The position numbers and the translations under genes are program-made. A stretch of DNA of 64,000 nucleotides from Acidobacteriota bacterium. GTDB lineage: Bacteria; Acidobacteriota; UBA6911; RPQK01; JAJDTT01. Below are positions 1 to 9,800 of the stretch, in pieces (the stretch's first letter is position 1; each line of letters begins with the position of its first letter). The notes beneath the pieces are model-generated. The model did not search any database. It saw only the letters and a list, made by a program, of their open reading frames with translations, and was not told where the DNA came from. The stretch spans positions 1,184,001-1,248,000 of the forward strand of contig CBDCJH010000002.1 of the NCBI GenBank assembly GCA_965217775.1, written 5' to 3'.

Positions 1-115
1 AGACCGTTCCTGCGCCCGCCGGACAAGGCGCGATTCGGGTGCATACCGGGAGTATGTGCCCGAATCGCAACGCCGTCCGCCGGGATGCAGGGACGGTCGA
101 ATGCCGTGATGACTT

Positions 116-595
116 TTGCCACGGGCTGCTTGGCCCAAGGTCCAAGGCGTGAAGCCGGGTACCAAGACTGAGGTTCAACTGTATGAAGATAAAGCGCCCC
201 AAGGAAGGCAGAAGTTCAAAGGTCGGTTCCTATCGGCTACGGACGACTCTGTCACCCTGGAACTCACCGAGCGCATCCACACGGATATGAGAATCCGCAC
301 GTTGCAGAAATCGGATGTGCGCAAGGTGTTGACCTATCGCCCGTTCGTGAAGCGTTGGCCCGGATGGGCCGCCATTTTGGTTACCGCTGGTGCAGGTGCA
401 CTGGTTCCCATCTGGGAACAAACGCGAGGAGATAATTTTCTCGCCACCCTCATTCTGTCCATCCCAATTTCTATCCCATTCTTCATCGGATCACGGATGG
501 GAAGGATTTACGAAGTTCCACCAGAGAACAGGGACTTGCGGCAGTCGCCAGGTCCGGCCGCGATCAAGGCCGAGGAACCGAACGATTCCAAGTGA
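116..595 (+). CDS. Hypothetical membrane protein (Sm/LSm-like beta domain plus C-terminal TM hairpin); start uncertain
   Basis: KFKGRFLSATDDSVTL beta motif and two hydrophobic C-terminal segments; same architecture as the next two genes. Confidence 0.6.
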   Translation: MPRAAWPKVQGVKPGTKTEVQLYEDKAPQGRQKFKGRFLSATDDSVTLELTERIHTDMRIRTLQKSDVRKVLTYRPFVKRWPGWAAILVTAGAGALVPIWEQTRGDNFLATLILSIPISIPFFIGSRMGRIYEVPPENRDLRQSPGPAAIKAEEPNDSK

Positions 596-678
596 TTCGG
601 AACTCCAGACTCCGTGACCATTCCTGGCCTTCGTGAGCCCCTTCTCGAGTAGAAATCACATTTACTGATGCGGGCCTG

Positions 679-711
679 CTGCCCTCTGTGGAGACGGTCC
701 ACGGGGGGCAG
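679..711 (+). promoter_or_regulatory. Conserved leader hairpin, copy 1
   Basis: CTGCCCTCTGTGGA-GACGG-TCCACGGGGGGCAG, identical to 1524-1556, about 70 nt upstream of an AAGGAGGT RBS and ATG. Confidence 0.55.
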
Positions 712-783
712 GAGACCTATGGCTCGAGGGCGACCGCGAGCATCATCGACGGACGACTGAATCACTTCAAGGAGGTAGGCATC

Positions 784-1377
784 ATGGAAAGTCTCACCAG
801 CAAGAGCAGCAGATGGCTCAGAAAAGTCACGTCGGCTGGATTTGTTCCGTTGCTGCTGGCGCAAGTCTTGATCGCTCTATTTTGTGTTCCCGAGACGCTG
901 CAGTCCGGCACCGAGATTCGCCGTGAGATGACCATGGAGGAGCTTCGCGAGTTTCTGAGCGGAGAGGAACAACTCACGGTGTTGCTCTCGGAGGGGGGCG
1001 CCGTGAGGGGCAATGGAATCACAATTCTGGCCGACAGCATCCGTCTCGATCGCATTACGAGAGCCACGGATGGGAAACGGCATGCTATCGGTTCCGAAAC
1101 TTCGATCGCCATAGGGACAGTCAAAGAAATCCGTGTGGAGAAAATGCGGGGAAGCTTGCGGCATTCGGGTGCCGTCGGTCTTGGAATTCTCGGAGGCTGT
1201 TTTTCCCCGACGGCTCTCGGAGTTCGCGGCTGGTGGTTCGATTGGGAAGAGACGTGGCGGCGGCCAACGAGAACATGGATTGGCTTGGTGATTGGGACTA
1301 TGGGGGGGGCCTCTCTCGGCTACTGGTTGGGCAAACGTAAGGATCACGTGACCACGATTATCACGATCGTCGACTGA
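784..1377 (+). CDS. Exported/membrane protein with glycine-rich C-terminal TM hairpin (paralog A)
   Basis: AAGGAGGT RBS before ATG 784; signal-like N-terminus MESLTSKSSRWL; aligns with 1629-2192. Confidence 0.75.
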   Translation: MESLTSKSSRWLRKVTSAGFVPLLLAQVLIALFCVPETLQSGTEIRREMTMEELREFLSGEEQLTVLLSEGGAVRGNGITILADSIRLDRITRATDGKRHAIGSETSIAIGTVKEIRVEKMRGSLRHSGAVGLGILGGCFSPTALGVRGWWFDWEETWRRPTRTWIGLVIGTMGGASLGYWLGKRKDHVTTIITIVD

Positions 1378-1523
1378 TTGATAACGGCCACCCAAGGTCC
1401 GTTAACTGAAATTTACGGGCGTAGGTACTCTCCCCCGCCTGATTTGGAGATCCGGACACCGTGGCCGCTCACGGGCTGGTGAGCCCCTTCCAGCAAAAAA
1501 TCACATTCCCTGATGCATACCCC

Positions 1524-1556
1524 CTGCCCTCTGTGGAGACGGTCCACGGGGGGCAG
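1524..1556 (+). promoter_or_regulatory. Conserved leader hairpin, copy 2
   Basis: Identical to 679-711 and at the same distance from the start codon. Confidence 0.55.
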
Positions 1557-1628
1557 GAGTGCGACGATTCGACGGTGACCGCGAGCGTTATTAACGGGTG
1601 GCTGAGTCACTTCAAGGAGGTAGGCATC

Positions 1629-2192
1629 ATGGAAAGTCTCACCAGCAAGAGCAGCAGATGGCTGAGTAAAACCACAGTAGCGGGGATGATTCCCTTGCTA
1701 ATGGCGCAAGTTCTGATCGCTCTGGCCTGGGTTCCTCAGACCCTGGAAGCCGGTCCGGAGATTCGCCGCGAGATGACCTGGGAGCAACTTCCCGCCTTCC
1801 TCGAAAGCGAGAAGAAGGTCACCGTCGTACTAACCGAGGGGGGAGCCGTCCGGAGCGAAGGGGTTGTGGCTTTGTCTGACAGTATTCATCTCGGTCACAT
1901 CGTAATGGCCACGAACTCGAAGCGATACCCTTGGGGCTCCGAAGCCTCTATCGCCAGAGGCTCTGTCAGAGAAATCCGTTTGGAGAAAATGCGGGACAAC
2001 TTGCGTCGGATTGGAGCCGTTGGGTTCGGAGCTGCCGGGTTCTTTTTTGGTCCAGGCTTGGTTGGGGCTCGAAAATGGGGTGGTCGAGTGCTGGAGGGCT
2101 GGCTCGTTGGTTCTGTGGGGGGCGCTGGTCTCGGCTACTGGTTAGGCATGCGTAAGGATCGCGAGACCACCATCATCACGATCGTCAACTGA
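1629..2192 (+). CDS. Exported/membrane protein with glycine-rich C-terminal TM hairpin (paralog B)
   Basis: Same RBS and first 12 aa as paralog A; shared EIRREMT, EIR.EKMR and RKD..TTIITIV motifs. Confidence 0.75.
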   Translation: MESLTSKSSRWLSKTTVAGMIPLLMAQVLIALAWVPQTLEAGPEIRREMTWEQLPAFLESEKKVTVVLTEGGAVRSEGVVALSDSIHLGHIVMATNSKRYPWGSEASIARGSVREIRLEKMRDNLRRIGAVGFGAAGFFFGPGLVGARKWGGRVLEGWLVGSVGGAGLGYWLGMRKDRETTIITIVN

Positions 2193-2350
2193 TTTCCCCC
2201 CTCTCTCCAGCGGACCCATAGCACTGATGCAGGAAACGTGTTCGGCAGTTATGTCATCTGTTCAGCGGCGGTAGGATTGGACGGATGTACCGCCGGTTAT
2301 CGGATGAGTGGCAAGCCAGTTGCCGGTTCCCGCTCCCTTTCCGAACGACT

Positions 2351-2434
2351 GGTCCACGATCGGTCCAAGCGAAGCAGATACGCCATTGCCGGTTGATGCG
2401 AAGCGAATGTTGTCCCCTGCAGTCACCGGACAAT
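2351..2434 (-). pseudogene. higB: Internal fragment of a HigB/RelE (plasmid maintenance killer) toxin
   Basis: Minus strand reads LSGDCRGQHSLRINRQWRICFAWTDRGP; near-identical DNA at 4902-4966. Confidence 0.75.
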
Positions 2435-2490
2435 CAGAGGAGAAGGGAACAGTCACCTTCTCTCTTATGCCCCCTGCTCTGCTGGAGCGG

Positions 2491-2778
2491 CTATACTTCA
2501 ACGCCGAGCCGTCCGGGTCGCTCCGAGTACGACTCGCGAATAACGATGTGTACATCGCGCCCCAGAGCCGTCAGGAGGCGCAGAAGCCGTTCCATGGAGT
2601 ACTCTCGGAAGCTGCCCCGCAGCAGGCGCGACACATCGGGTTGAGACAGCCCGAGCAGCTTTGCTGCGTCGACCTGCTTGAGACGGCGCTCTCGAATGAT
2701 CTTGTCGATCTGCGTGACCAGTTCGGCCTTGAGCAGATGCGCGTCGGCAACCGGGAGTCCCAGGTCAGCGAATATGTT
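2491..2778 (-). pseudogene. XRE/HigA2-like HTH antitoxin, 5'-truncated by the TnpB element
   Basis: Minus strand reads NIFADLGLP...LKQVDAAKLLGLSQPDVSRLLRG...MERLLRLLTALGRDVHIVI...stop; no start codon, in-frame TAA inside the adjacent inverted repeat. Confidence 0.8.
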
Positions 2779-2779
2779 T

Positions 2780-4023
2780 GGGGCTTATATACCTAAGTGC
2801 CCTTGGCATACAGTTCTGGCACCACGCTTTCCCCAACGAGATACGTTCCGGTGCCCAGGGCAAGAACCCCAGCCCTGAGAATGTTCAGGGCGGCATTGTG
2901 GTCCCTGTCCATTCCAAGTCCGCAGGCCCTGCACCGGAAGGTTTCGCTCCGCCCTGGATCGTGGCGGGCGCCGCACCGGTGGCAGTCCTGCGATGTATAT
3001 GCGGGATTCACTTCTACGAACTTCCGACCGGCCCATTCTGCCTTGTACTGGAGTTGATTCCGCAGAAGCCCCCATGATTGCGTCATTATTTCTCGATTCA
3101 GCCCCTTCTTCTTCGAGCCCTTCGTTGCCATCCCTTGGATGTTCAGCTTCTCCACAGCGATCAGACCGTGCTCACGAATGATCCTGCTGGAGAGACGATG
3201 GCAGGCATTACGGTTTCGGACCGATTCCCGGTGACGGAGCCGAGATAGCTGTACGATCCGCTTCCGTCTGGTCTTGGAAATCTTCTTGCACCTGGAGACC
3301 TTTCTCTGCTGCTTTCGGATCCCCGCCCAGTCCCGTCGATTCCGTTCGATCCTCTCACCCGTGGACAGCACCGCTCGCTTGCGGACTCCCAGGTCGATCC
3401 CCACCGAAGACTCGCATTTCGGTAGCGGCGGCTTCTCCACCTCGTACGTCAGGTCCACATACACCCGGTTCGGCTTGCGGACAATCCGCAACGCTTTCAA
3501 TGGGCATCCGTCCGGCAACGGCCGGGACGGAAATATCCGGATCGTCGGGAAGCCCTTGGGCCGGATGGCGTAGCCCCGAGCGCGCTTCTTCACCAGGGTC
3601 GCTTTGGGGTCGACCACGTCGATGGTCTCCATCCTCGCAATGGGCCGGAATCGAGGATACCCCGGCTTCTCCCCCGCCTTGCAGCGACGGAAGAACGCCT
3701 TGAAGGCCCGGTCCAACCGCATCAACATCCCACGCTCCGCTTTGACCGCCACCGACCCAAGCCCCTCCGGATCGTCCTTCCTCTGGGAGGTCAACCCCTT
3801 CATCTGATCGTACAGGGTCACGCCACGTTGCTCGGATTCCCAGGCCGTTCTGCGTTCCTCCAGTGCAGCGTTGTACAGCCGATTCAGGATGGACCTCACC
3901 CGGTCCAACCGCCGGATTCCACCCTTGGACAGCTTGGCTCTGCACTGGATAGTTGCGTGGCCTTTCATGGTCGGAATTGTAACCCATCAGCCTGAATTCT
4001 CGGCACTTACGTATATAATCCCC
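2780..4023 (-). mobile_element. TnpB-only element bounded by terminal inverted repeats
   Basis: GGGGCTTATATACCTAAGTGCC (2780-2801) and GGCACTTACGTATATAATCCCC (4002-4023) are inverted repeats with 2 mismatches; no target duplication seen. Confidence 0.7.
2793..3968 (-). CDS. tnpB: RNA-guided endonuclease TnpB family protein
   Basis: LYNAALEERR helix, RuvC-I VGIDLG, RuvC-II IAVEKL, Zn finger CHRC/CRAC, RuvC-III DRDHNAA; D-E-D triad intact. Confidence 0.95.
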   Translation of the reverse strand: MKGHATIQCRAKLSKGGIRRLDRVRSILNRLYNAALEERRTAWESEQRGVTLYDQMKGLTSQRKDDPEGLGSVAVKAERGMLMRLDRAFKAFFRRCKAGEKPGYPRFRPIARMETIDVVDPKATLVKKRARGYAIRPKGFPTIRIFPSRPLPDGCPLKALRIVRKPNRVYVDLTYEVEKPPLPKCESSVGIDLGVRKRAVLSTGERIERNRRDWAGIRKQQRKVSRCKKISKTRRKRIVQLSRLRHRESVRNRNACHRLSSRIIREHGLIAVEKLNIQGMATKGSKKKGLNREIMTQSWGLLRNQLQYKAEWAGRKFVEVNPAYTSQDCHRCGARHDPGRSETFRCRACGLGMDRDHNAALNILRAGVLALGTGTYLVGESVVPELYAKGT

Positions 4024-4366
4024 AATCCATTCAACAGGTTTCGGCAGGTCCGCGACGATGTCTTATTAAGGTGGTTCCGCCATATCCACGCAACCTGATT
4101 CTTGACATGCAGGCTGCCAGTGGGGCCTGTTGCCGCTTGAGCGGAACGCGCCAAGCCCTCCCGACATCTTTTCCCACCCGCCGGCAAGTAACCGCTGAAG
4201 ACCACCGAGGGGTTGGTCCAAGCGGAGACCGGCGCTTGGACCTGAACACTTCGACGCGGCGTTCCTCATCCAGATCGAGCGACAGGCCCTGAAGGCGGAC
4301 CTCACCGGCAAGATCACTGCGTTCGTCTTCAAGGACGACAAGGAGGAACTCGACGTGACGGAGCGT

Positions 4367-4408
4367 CGGGGAGAAGGAGACACGGGGAGAAGGGGACAGG
4401 TATCTTCT
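4367..4408 (+). repeat. GGGGACAG motif with 16-nt tandem stutter
   Basis: CGGGGAGAAGGAGACA-CGGGGAGAAGGGGACA-GGTATCTTCTC; same design as the motifs at 17.6-27.4 kb. Confidence 0.5.
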
Positions 4409-4561
4409 CTCTCCACGATGACCCGAAAGCCGTGATGCCTTGCGTTCGCTGCAAATTCCCGCCCGCTAACGCCCCATTGGATTCTGACGTTGAACCGCAC
4501 TTGTTGGGCGGATGTGAAGGCTGATTGTCCCCTGCGTCGGTATTCGTTCGATGCTGGCCCT

Positions 4562-4864
4562 CTACCTGAGAACGGCGTCAAGTGGTTGAATATCCGAGAC
4601 GTCGATCGATGCGCCTGCCTGGGCAAGATCGTAGCTCATCTGCATATTCATCCAGTAATGCGGCGTTGTCTTGAAGGCTTTCGCCAGTCGGAATGCAGTA
4701 TCCGGTGTTACCGACGTCTGGCCTCTTACGATGCGTTCTATACGCGTGCGTGGCACGCCCAGTTTCTTTGCCAAGGCCCCGGCGCTCATCTCGAGCGGCT
4801 TAAGGTACAGCTCGTCCAAAACTTCACCAGGATGCATCGGCACAAGGATATCAGCCATTTCCAT
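4562..4864 (-). CDS. higA: HigA (VapI-type) antitoxin
   Basis: HPGEVL...ALAKKLGVPRTRIERIV...TPDTAFRLAKAFKTTPHYWMNMQ family signature. Confidence 0.92.
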   Translation of the reverse strand: MEMADILVPMHPGEVLDELYLKPLEMSAGALAKKLGVPRTRIERIVRGQTSVTPDTAFRLAKAFKTTPHYWMNMQMSYDLAQAGASIDVSDIQPLDAVLR

Positions 4865-4870
4865 CGGTCC

Positions 4871-4966
4871 TCAGTGGTAGTCCACAATCTCGACTTCATC
4901 CGGTCCACGATCGGTCCAAACGAAGCAGATACGCCATTGCTGGTTGATGCGAACCGAATGTTGTCC
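4871..4966 (-). pseudogene. higB: HigB toxin 3' remnant
   Basis: GQHSVRINQQWRICFVWTDRGPDEVEIVDYH-stop directly upstream of higA; REP-like hairpins stand where the 5' part should be. Confidence 0.85.
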
Positions 4967-4970
4967 GGAA

Positions 4971-5083
4971 TCGGGGGTTACAAACCCCCGCTCCCAGGAG
5001 ATGGAACTGCAGGGGCGATTTCTAATCGCCCGCTCTTCTCCGGTGAATCGTTACTCTGGAGTTCGGCGGTTGGAAACCGCCGC
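4971..5083. repeat. Cluster of three REP-like palindromes
   Basis: GGGGGTTACAAACCCCC, GGGCGATTTCTAATCGCCC and CGGCGGTTGGAAACCGCCG hairpins. Confidence 0.6.
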
Positions 5084-5087
5084 TCCG

Positions 5088-6839
5088 TCATTTCTTGTTG
5101 CGGATCGATTCCTGCATCCGCTTGCCGAAGTCTTCGCGGCCCCCGGCCGGGTTGGACTGGTGACGGGGATGCGGGGGAACTCCGGCCGCCGGCTCGTTGG
5201 AGTCGCGGCCCCAGTGATCGGATCGGTGAGTGATCACATCCAGCCAGCGGGTGTTGGCCTGGCGCCGAGCCAGGTCGCCGTCGGGGTCGGGCAGGGTGTA
5301 GGTGTAGGAATAGAGTTTGGCCCGGGTGAGATAGAGCTTGAGACAGACGCCGCCGTACTGCTCGACGCTCAGGTCGTAGGTAGACCGGCCACTCTTCCAG
5401 GTCAGCTTCTGGGCGGTTCCGTTGGACGTCAACGGAACTGAGTCGGCCCGCGTGAAGTCTTCGATCGGTTCTCCGTAGGGCGTGACCAGTTCGGCTTCGA
5501 TGGAGCCTCCCTGGGCATCGGCATTCAGGAGGATCTCATAGGCCGGACCCCACGGTTTGGTCATCACCCATCCCTCTTCCTCCCCGGCGTCCAGCGAAAT
5601 CCAGTGGTCCTCGGGCATGCGCGCCACCATCAGGACCGCCACGTTCCGGGTCCCTTGGGAGAGGTCGTAGGAGAGCCAGTCCCACCAGGTGTGGTTCAGG
5701 CGGCTGGCCGTGTAGTAGATCCAGGTCTCTCCGTCCCGCACCAGGGGGTTCTCGGCCGGATAGAGCATGCCGCCGTCCTGGGCGCCCGGCTTGCCCACCG
5801 GAACCACGGGCGAGCGGTCGTCGGGCCGGTTCCAGGTCCTCCCGTCGCGGCTGTAGGCCAGGGAGATCTCCAACTGGCCCACCTTGCCCCTGGGGTAATC
5901 GGGGGGCTTGTGGTAGGCGCCGTAGGTGGGGGCGAAGGGATGGACGTAGTAGGGGTTGATGATGCCCAGGAAGAAGTTCTCGTAGCGGAAGACCGGCATG
6001 TCGTAGATGTTGTACAGCTCCGGGGGGTCGAGGTCGTCGCCCGCGACCAGCACCCGCCCCTTGTCCTCCCAGTTCACCAGGTCGTAGCTCTCGTACTGGG
6101 AGATGTCCCGCGGGGCGTTGGGCACCCGGCGGGTCATCAGAACGTATTTGCGCCGGTCCGGATCGTAGAAGAGGGTGCAGTTGTCGTCGCTGATGCCCCT
6201 CAGGACCGGATTGACGTGACGCGGCCGTTCCCAGTGCAGTCCGTCGTGGGAGTAGGCCAGATTCAGAGCCGAGTGGTGCCGGGCCCAGAGGGACTCTTCG
6301 CCGAAGGTGTTGAAGATCATCTTGTAACGGCGGGCGGCGATGTCGCTGGGGTCCTTGATGATGGAGTAGACGAACTGGCGCTTGAAGTCGATGACCAGGT
6401 TGTGCTCGCGTGAGCCGTTCACCTCCACCAGGCCCAGTTTCGGTTTTTCCCAGTGGAGGCCGTCCCGGCTGACGGCGTAGGCTACACCCCGCGGACCGTC
6501 GCCCGTATTCCCCTTCCAGCGCATGAGCGTGTACCACATCTTGAAGATCCGCTCTTCCTGGTCGTACATCACCGAGACGTAGTTGAGCATGTCCCGGTCC
6601 GTCTCCCAGGGGGCGTCCAGGCGCAGCACCGGGTCCTGGTGCTTGACCGCCTGGTTCACCTTGCGGCGAAGGTTGTGGTGCTCCAACAGGGGTTCGTCGT
6701 CGATGAGGAGAAACTTGTAGCGGGCGAACTGCCGGTCCGGGCTCGCAGCCGTTTCAGCGGCAGTCGTGTTTCCGCAGAGGAACGCCGCCGAGACCAGAAT
6801 CGGGAGCACACCGCGACGGATTCGGAAGATTGGGAGCAT
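5088..6839 (-). CDS. Secreted five-bladed beta-propeller glycoside hydrolase-like protein
   Basis: Signal peptide; repeated S.DG..W (Asp-box-like) motifs; FKMWY and WIYY blade motifs. Confidence 0.75.
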   Translation of the reverse strand: MLPIFRIRRGVLPILVSAAFLCGNTTAAETAASPDRQFARYKFLLIDDEPLLEHHNLRRKVNQAVKHQDPVLRLDAPWETDRDMLNYVSVMYDQEERIFKMWYTLMRWKGNTGDGPRGVAYAVSRDGLHWEKPKLGLVEVNGSREHNLVIDFKRQFVYSIIKDPSDIAARRYKMIFNTFGEESLWARHHSALNLAYSHDGLHWERPRHVNPVLRGISDDNCTLFYDPDRRKYVLMTRRVPNAPRDISQYESYDLVNWEDKGRVLVAGDDLDPPELYNIYDMPVFRYENFFLGIINPYYVHPFAPTYGAYHKPPDYPRGKVGQLEISLAYSRDGRTWNRPDDRSPVVPVGKPGAQDGGMLYPAENPLVRDGETWIYYTASRLNHTWWDWLSYDLSQGTRNVAVLMVARMPEDHWISLDAGEEEGWVMTKPWGPAYEILLNADAQGGSIEAELVTPYGEPIEDFTRADSVPLTSNGTAQKLTWKSGRSTYDLSVEQYGGVCLKLYLTRAKLYSYTYTLPDPDGDLARRQANTRWLDVITHRSDHWGRDSNEPAAGVPPHPRHQSNPAGGREDFGKRMQESIRNKK

Positions 6840-6881
6840 GGAGAGGTTCTCCTTTGTTCTCTTTGGAAATGAAGATTCGAG

Positions 6882-9800
6882 TCAGAAATAGAACTTCAAG
6901 GCCAACTGGATCTGCCGGGCAGCCAGCGTCCGGGCCAGGACGCCGAAGCCGGCGGTCCCGTAGAGTAGAGTCTGCTGTCTCGCGTTGACCACGAAGTTGG
7001 GGCGGTTGGTGGCGTTGAAGGCCTCCACTCTGGCCTCCAACCGTTGAGTCTCGGCCAGACGGAAGGTCCGGCGCAGCGAGATATCCAGGTTGAAGAGGCC
7101 GGGGGCCTCGACGACGCCCCGGCCGGAGTTCCCATATTGGAACGGCTGCGGCAGAGCGAAGGCAGTCGTGTCGAACCAGCGGGCGGGAGTCCGCTCGTGG
7201 AGAGGCAGATTGGCGTCCCGGATCCGGTCCGGCCACTGGGACGCTTCCGATCCGGTGTCCAAGGGGTCGCCGGGCAGAGACACCGTGCGCCAGCCACCCT
7301 CCTGGAAATTGGAGATGGCCCGGATGGACCATCCTCCGAGCAGCCGTGAAGCCAAGCCGCTCTGCAGTAGCGGCCGGTTGGGGCCGAAGGGCAGATCGAA
7401 CCCCCCGGAGAGCATCAAGCGCACCGGAATATGGAAGTCCGCCACTCCCCGGGTTGCCTCAAGAGGCAGGTTGCGGGACCGGTAGATTCGGCGGGAGGTG
7501 TAACCCGTGGTTCCCCCTCCGGTCTGAATCAGACGGGACCAGCTCAATGAGGCCAGCAGGTAGAGGCCATCGTTGCCCGCGGCCTTTTCCACTTGAAAAT
7601 GCATGCCCTGATACCAGGAATCGGCGTTCGCAAACGGAAAATGAACCGCTTGAAGGTGAGGCCAGGGCCGCCGAAGCTGCCGGTCGCCGGTCCCCGGAGC
7701 CGCGTCGTTCCAGGAGACCGTCTCCAGAAGATCGGTCGATCGGGAACCGTGGTAGCCGGTGTCCAGCAGCCAGTGGGGGGTGAACTCGTGTTGGAGGCTG
7801 AGGCCCCAGGAATGGGTCCGGGGCAAGGGCAGGGGAGTCTGGAATCCGTAGTGGTCGGGAATGGCCGCGCCCCGACCTTCGTCAGGAAATGGGTCCACCA
7901 GGCGCAGTGAAGGGGTCTCAAGAGGGCTGTTGAATATGAGCCGCTCGGCTCCGGGGCGGGGATTGCGGCTCAAGCGGAGGACCATGTTCAGATCCGGCTC
8001 GTTGGCATGAAGACCGTATCCGGTGCGCAGGACCGTCTTTTCCGCCAGGCGGAGCGACATGCCCAGGCGCGGCAATATACCGTCCAGAGGGTTCCATCGG
8101 ATCAGGGGATAGTTGGGTTGGAAGCGGCCCGTTTCCCACGGTTTCAGGTCCAGGTCGAGCAACGTGGGGACCGTCTGCCCGGTCGCGGGATCCAGGTTCG
8201 ACATGAAGCCCCGCTTGTCCCTCCACGGCAGCCGCAGCTCATAGCGCAGGCCCAGATTCAGGGTCAACCGGGGGCCGGCCTTCCAGGTGTCCTGGAGATA
8301 GAGGTAGTAGCTGTCCTGGTGGAACCGGCCCCGGGAACCCTCGCCCCCCAGCCGGCTCTGGGACAGGTAACCGAGAAGAAAATCGGCGAAACCGTTGCCC
8401 GTATACCGGTCGAAGAAGTTGAAGCGGCTGCGACGGGACGTCACGTACAGGTTGTAGTGCCGGCGGAAGTGGATGCCGGTCTTCAGGGCGTGGTCTCCTT
8501 CCACCAGGGTCAGATCCTTCTTTCCTTGCCAGTTGCCCAGGCTGCTGGGGCCGAGAAAAGAGTAGTCGCCGATTCTGGTGTAGCCTTGGATCTGGACGAT
8601 CGGAACTCCGACCCGATCCACTTCGCTGAGGAGAAGTTCCGGAATTCCCAGATCGAGCTGCACCGCACGGGGGGACACGACGGAATCGTAGGGCCGGCGG
8701 AACCAATGGAGGCTGGCCGTGGATTGAGCCCTCGGGCTCAGGCTTCGGGTGTAGGAGAGGGACTGCCCCAACGTGGCCAGGGGATGGCGCGTGGAGAAGG
8801 CGCTGATGGGCTGGGTCGAGGTCCAGTCGGTGGAGTCCCAGACGAAGCGGCCGGCCCAACGGCTCACTTCCGATTGTCTCAGATCGATGCGGGCGATGAC
8901 CTGCGGATTGTCCAGGGGACTGTGGGAGTCGGGACTGGTGTAGTTCAGCGCTGATGGAGTGTTGGGTGCGGGCCAAAATCGGAGGAGTTTCAAGGAGACG
9001 GGATCCAGCCGCTGCGGCGGGATGCGGTTCTCGGGGAAAAAGTCGCCCGTCAGGGGGTCGCGGATGGGAGCGGCAAATTGGCCCGCCTTCTGCTCCGGAG
9101 TCGGGACCACGCCGGTGAGAGGCTTGGTCTCGCGGATCGACCGCATTTGGTAGGAGATGAAGAACCAGGCCCGGTCCCGTCCATTCAGCAGGCCGGGCAG
9201 ATAAAGGGGGCCTCCCAGGGTGGCCCCCAGTTGGTTGCGCTTGAACTCCGCCTTCCGCTGCTCGAAGAAGTTGCGCGCGTCCAGATTGTCGTTCCGGTGA
9301 AACCAGAACCAGCCGCCGTGGAATTCATTGGTGCCGCTCTTGGTGACCGCCACGATCTGACCCCCGGGGCGGATGCCGTACTCGGCGGAATAGAGGCCGG
9401 TCTTGACGTCGAATTCTCTGAGGGCGTCGGTGCTGGCGTGGAACGAGGGAGTTCCGTCCCCGTGCGTGAAGAGGGTGCCGTCGATGAAGGTCAGGTTGTC
9501 CTTGCGCCGCATGCCCAGCACCTTGACGCTGCGGCCGCGGCTCTCGTGGCTGGGGGCGGCACCCGCGGCGAGGCTGACCAATTGGCCCAGGTCCCGGGTG
9601 TTGACCGGCATGCTCTCCAGCTTTTCCTGATCGATCAATTGACCCCGGTCCTCCCGGCCGGTCCCCGCCAGCACCGTGTCGCTACGGGTCGAGTGCCGGG
9701 TTCCGGGATCTCCCGGGAACAGGTGAAAATTCTCCTCCCGGATCTGTTCCACAAGGAGAGCAATGTGGGTCCGGACCTGGGTTCCGTGACCGGGCAGCGA

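Noticed and set aside
596-2260. Integron cassette array (attC sites)
   Set aside because: The repeats lie in 5' leaders and include the RBS; no RYYYAAC/GTTRRRY box pairs and no intI seen.
2308-2796. Plus-strand 162-aa ORF (and the 247-aa ORF at 4490-5233)
   Set aside because: Antisense shadows of the higB, XRE and higA sequences on the minus strand.
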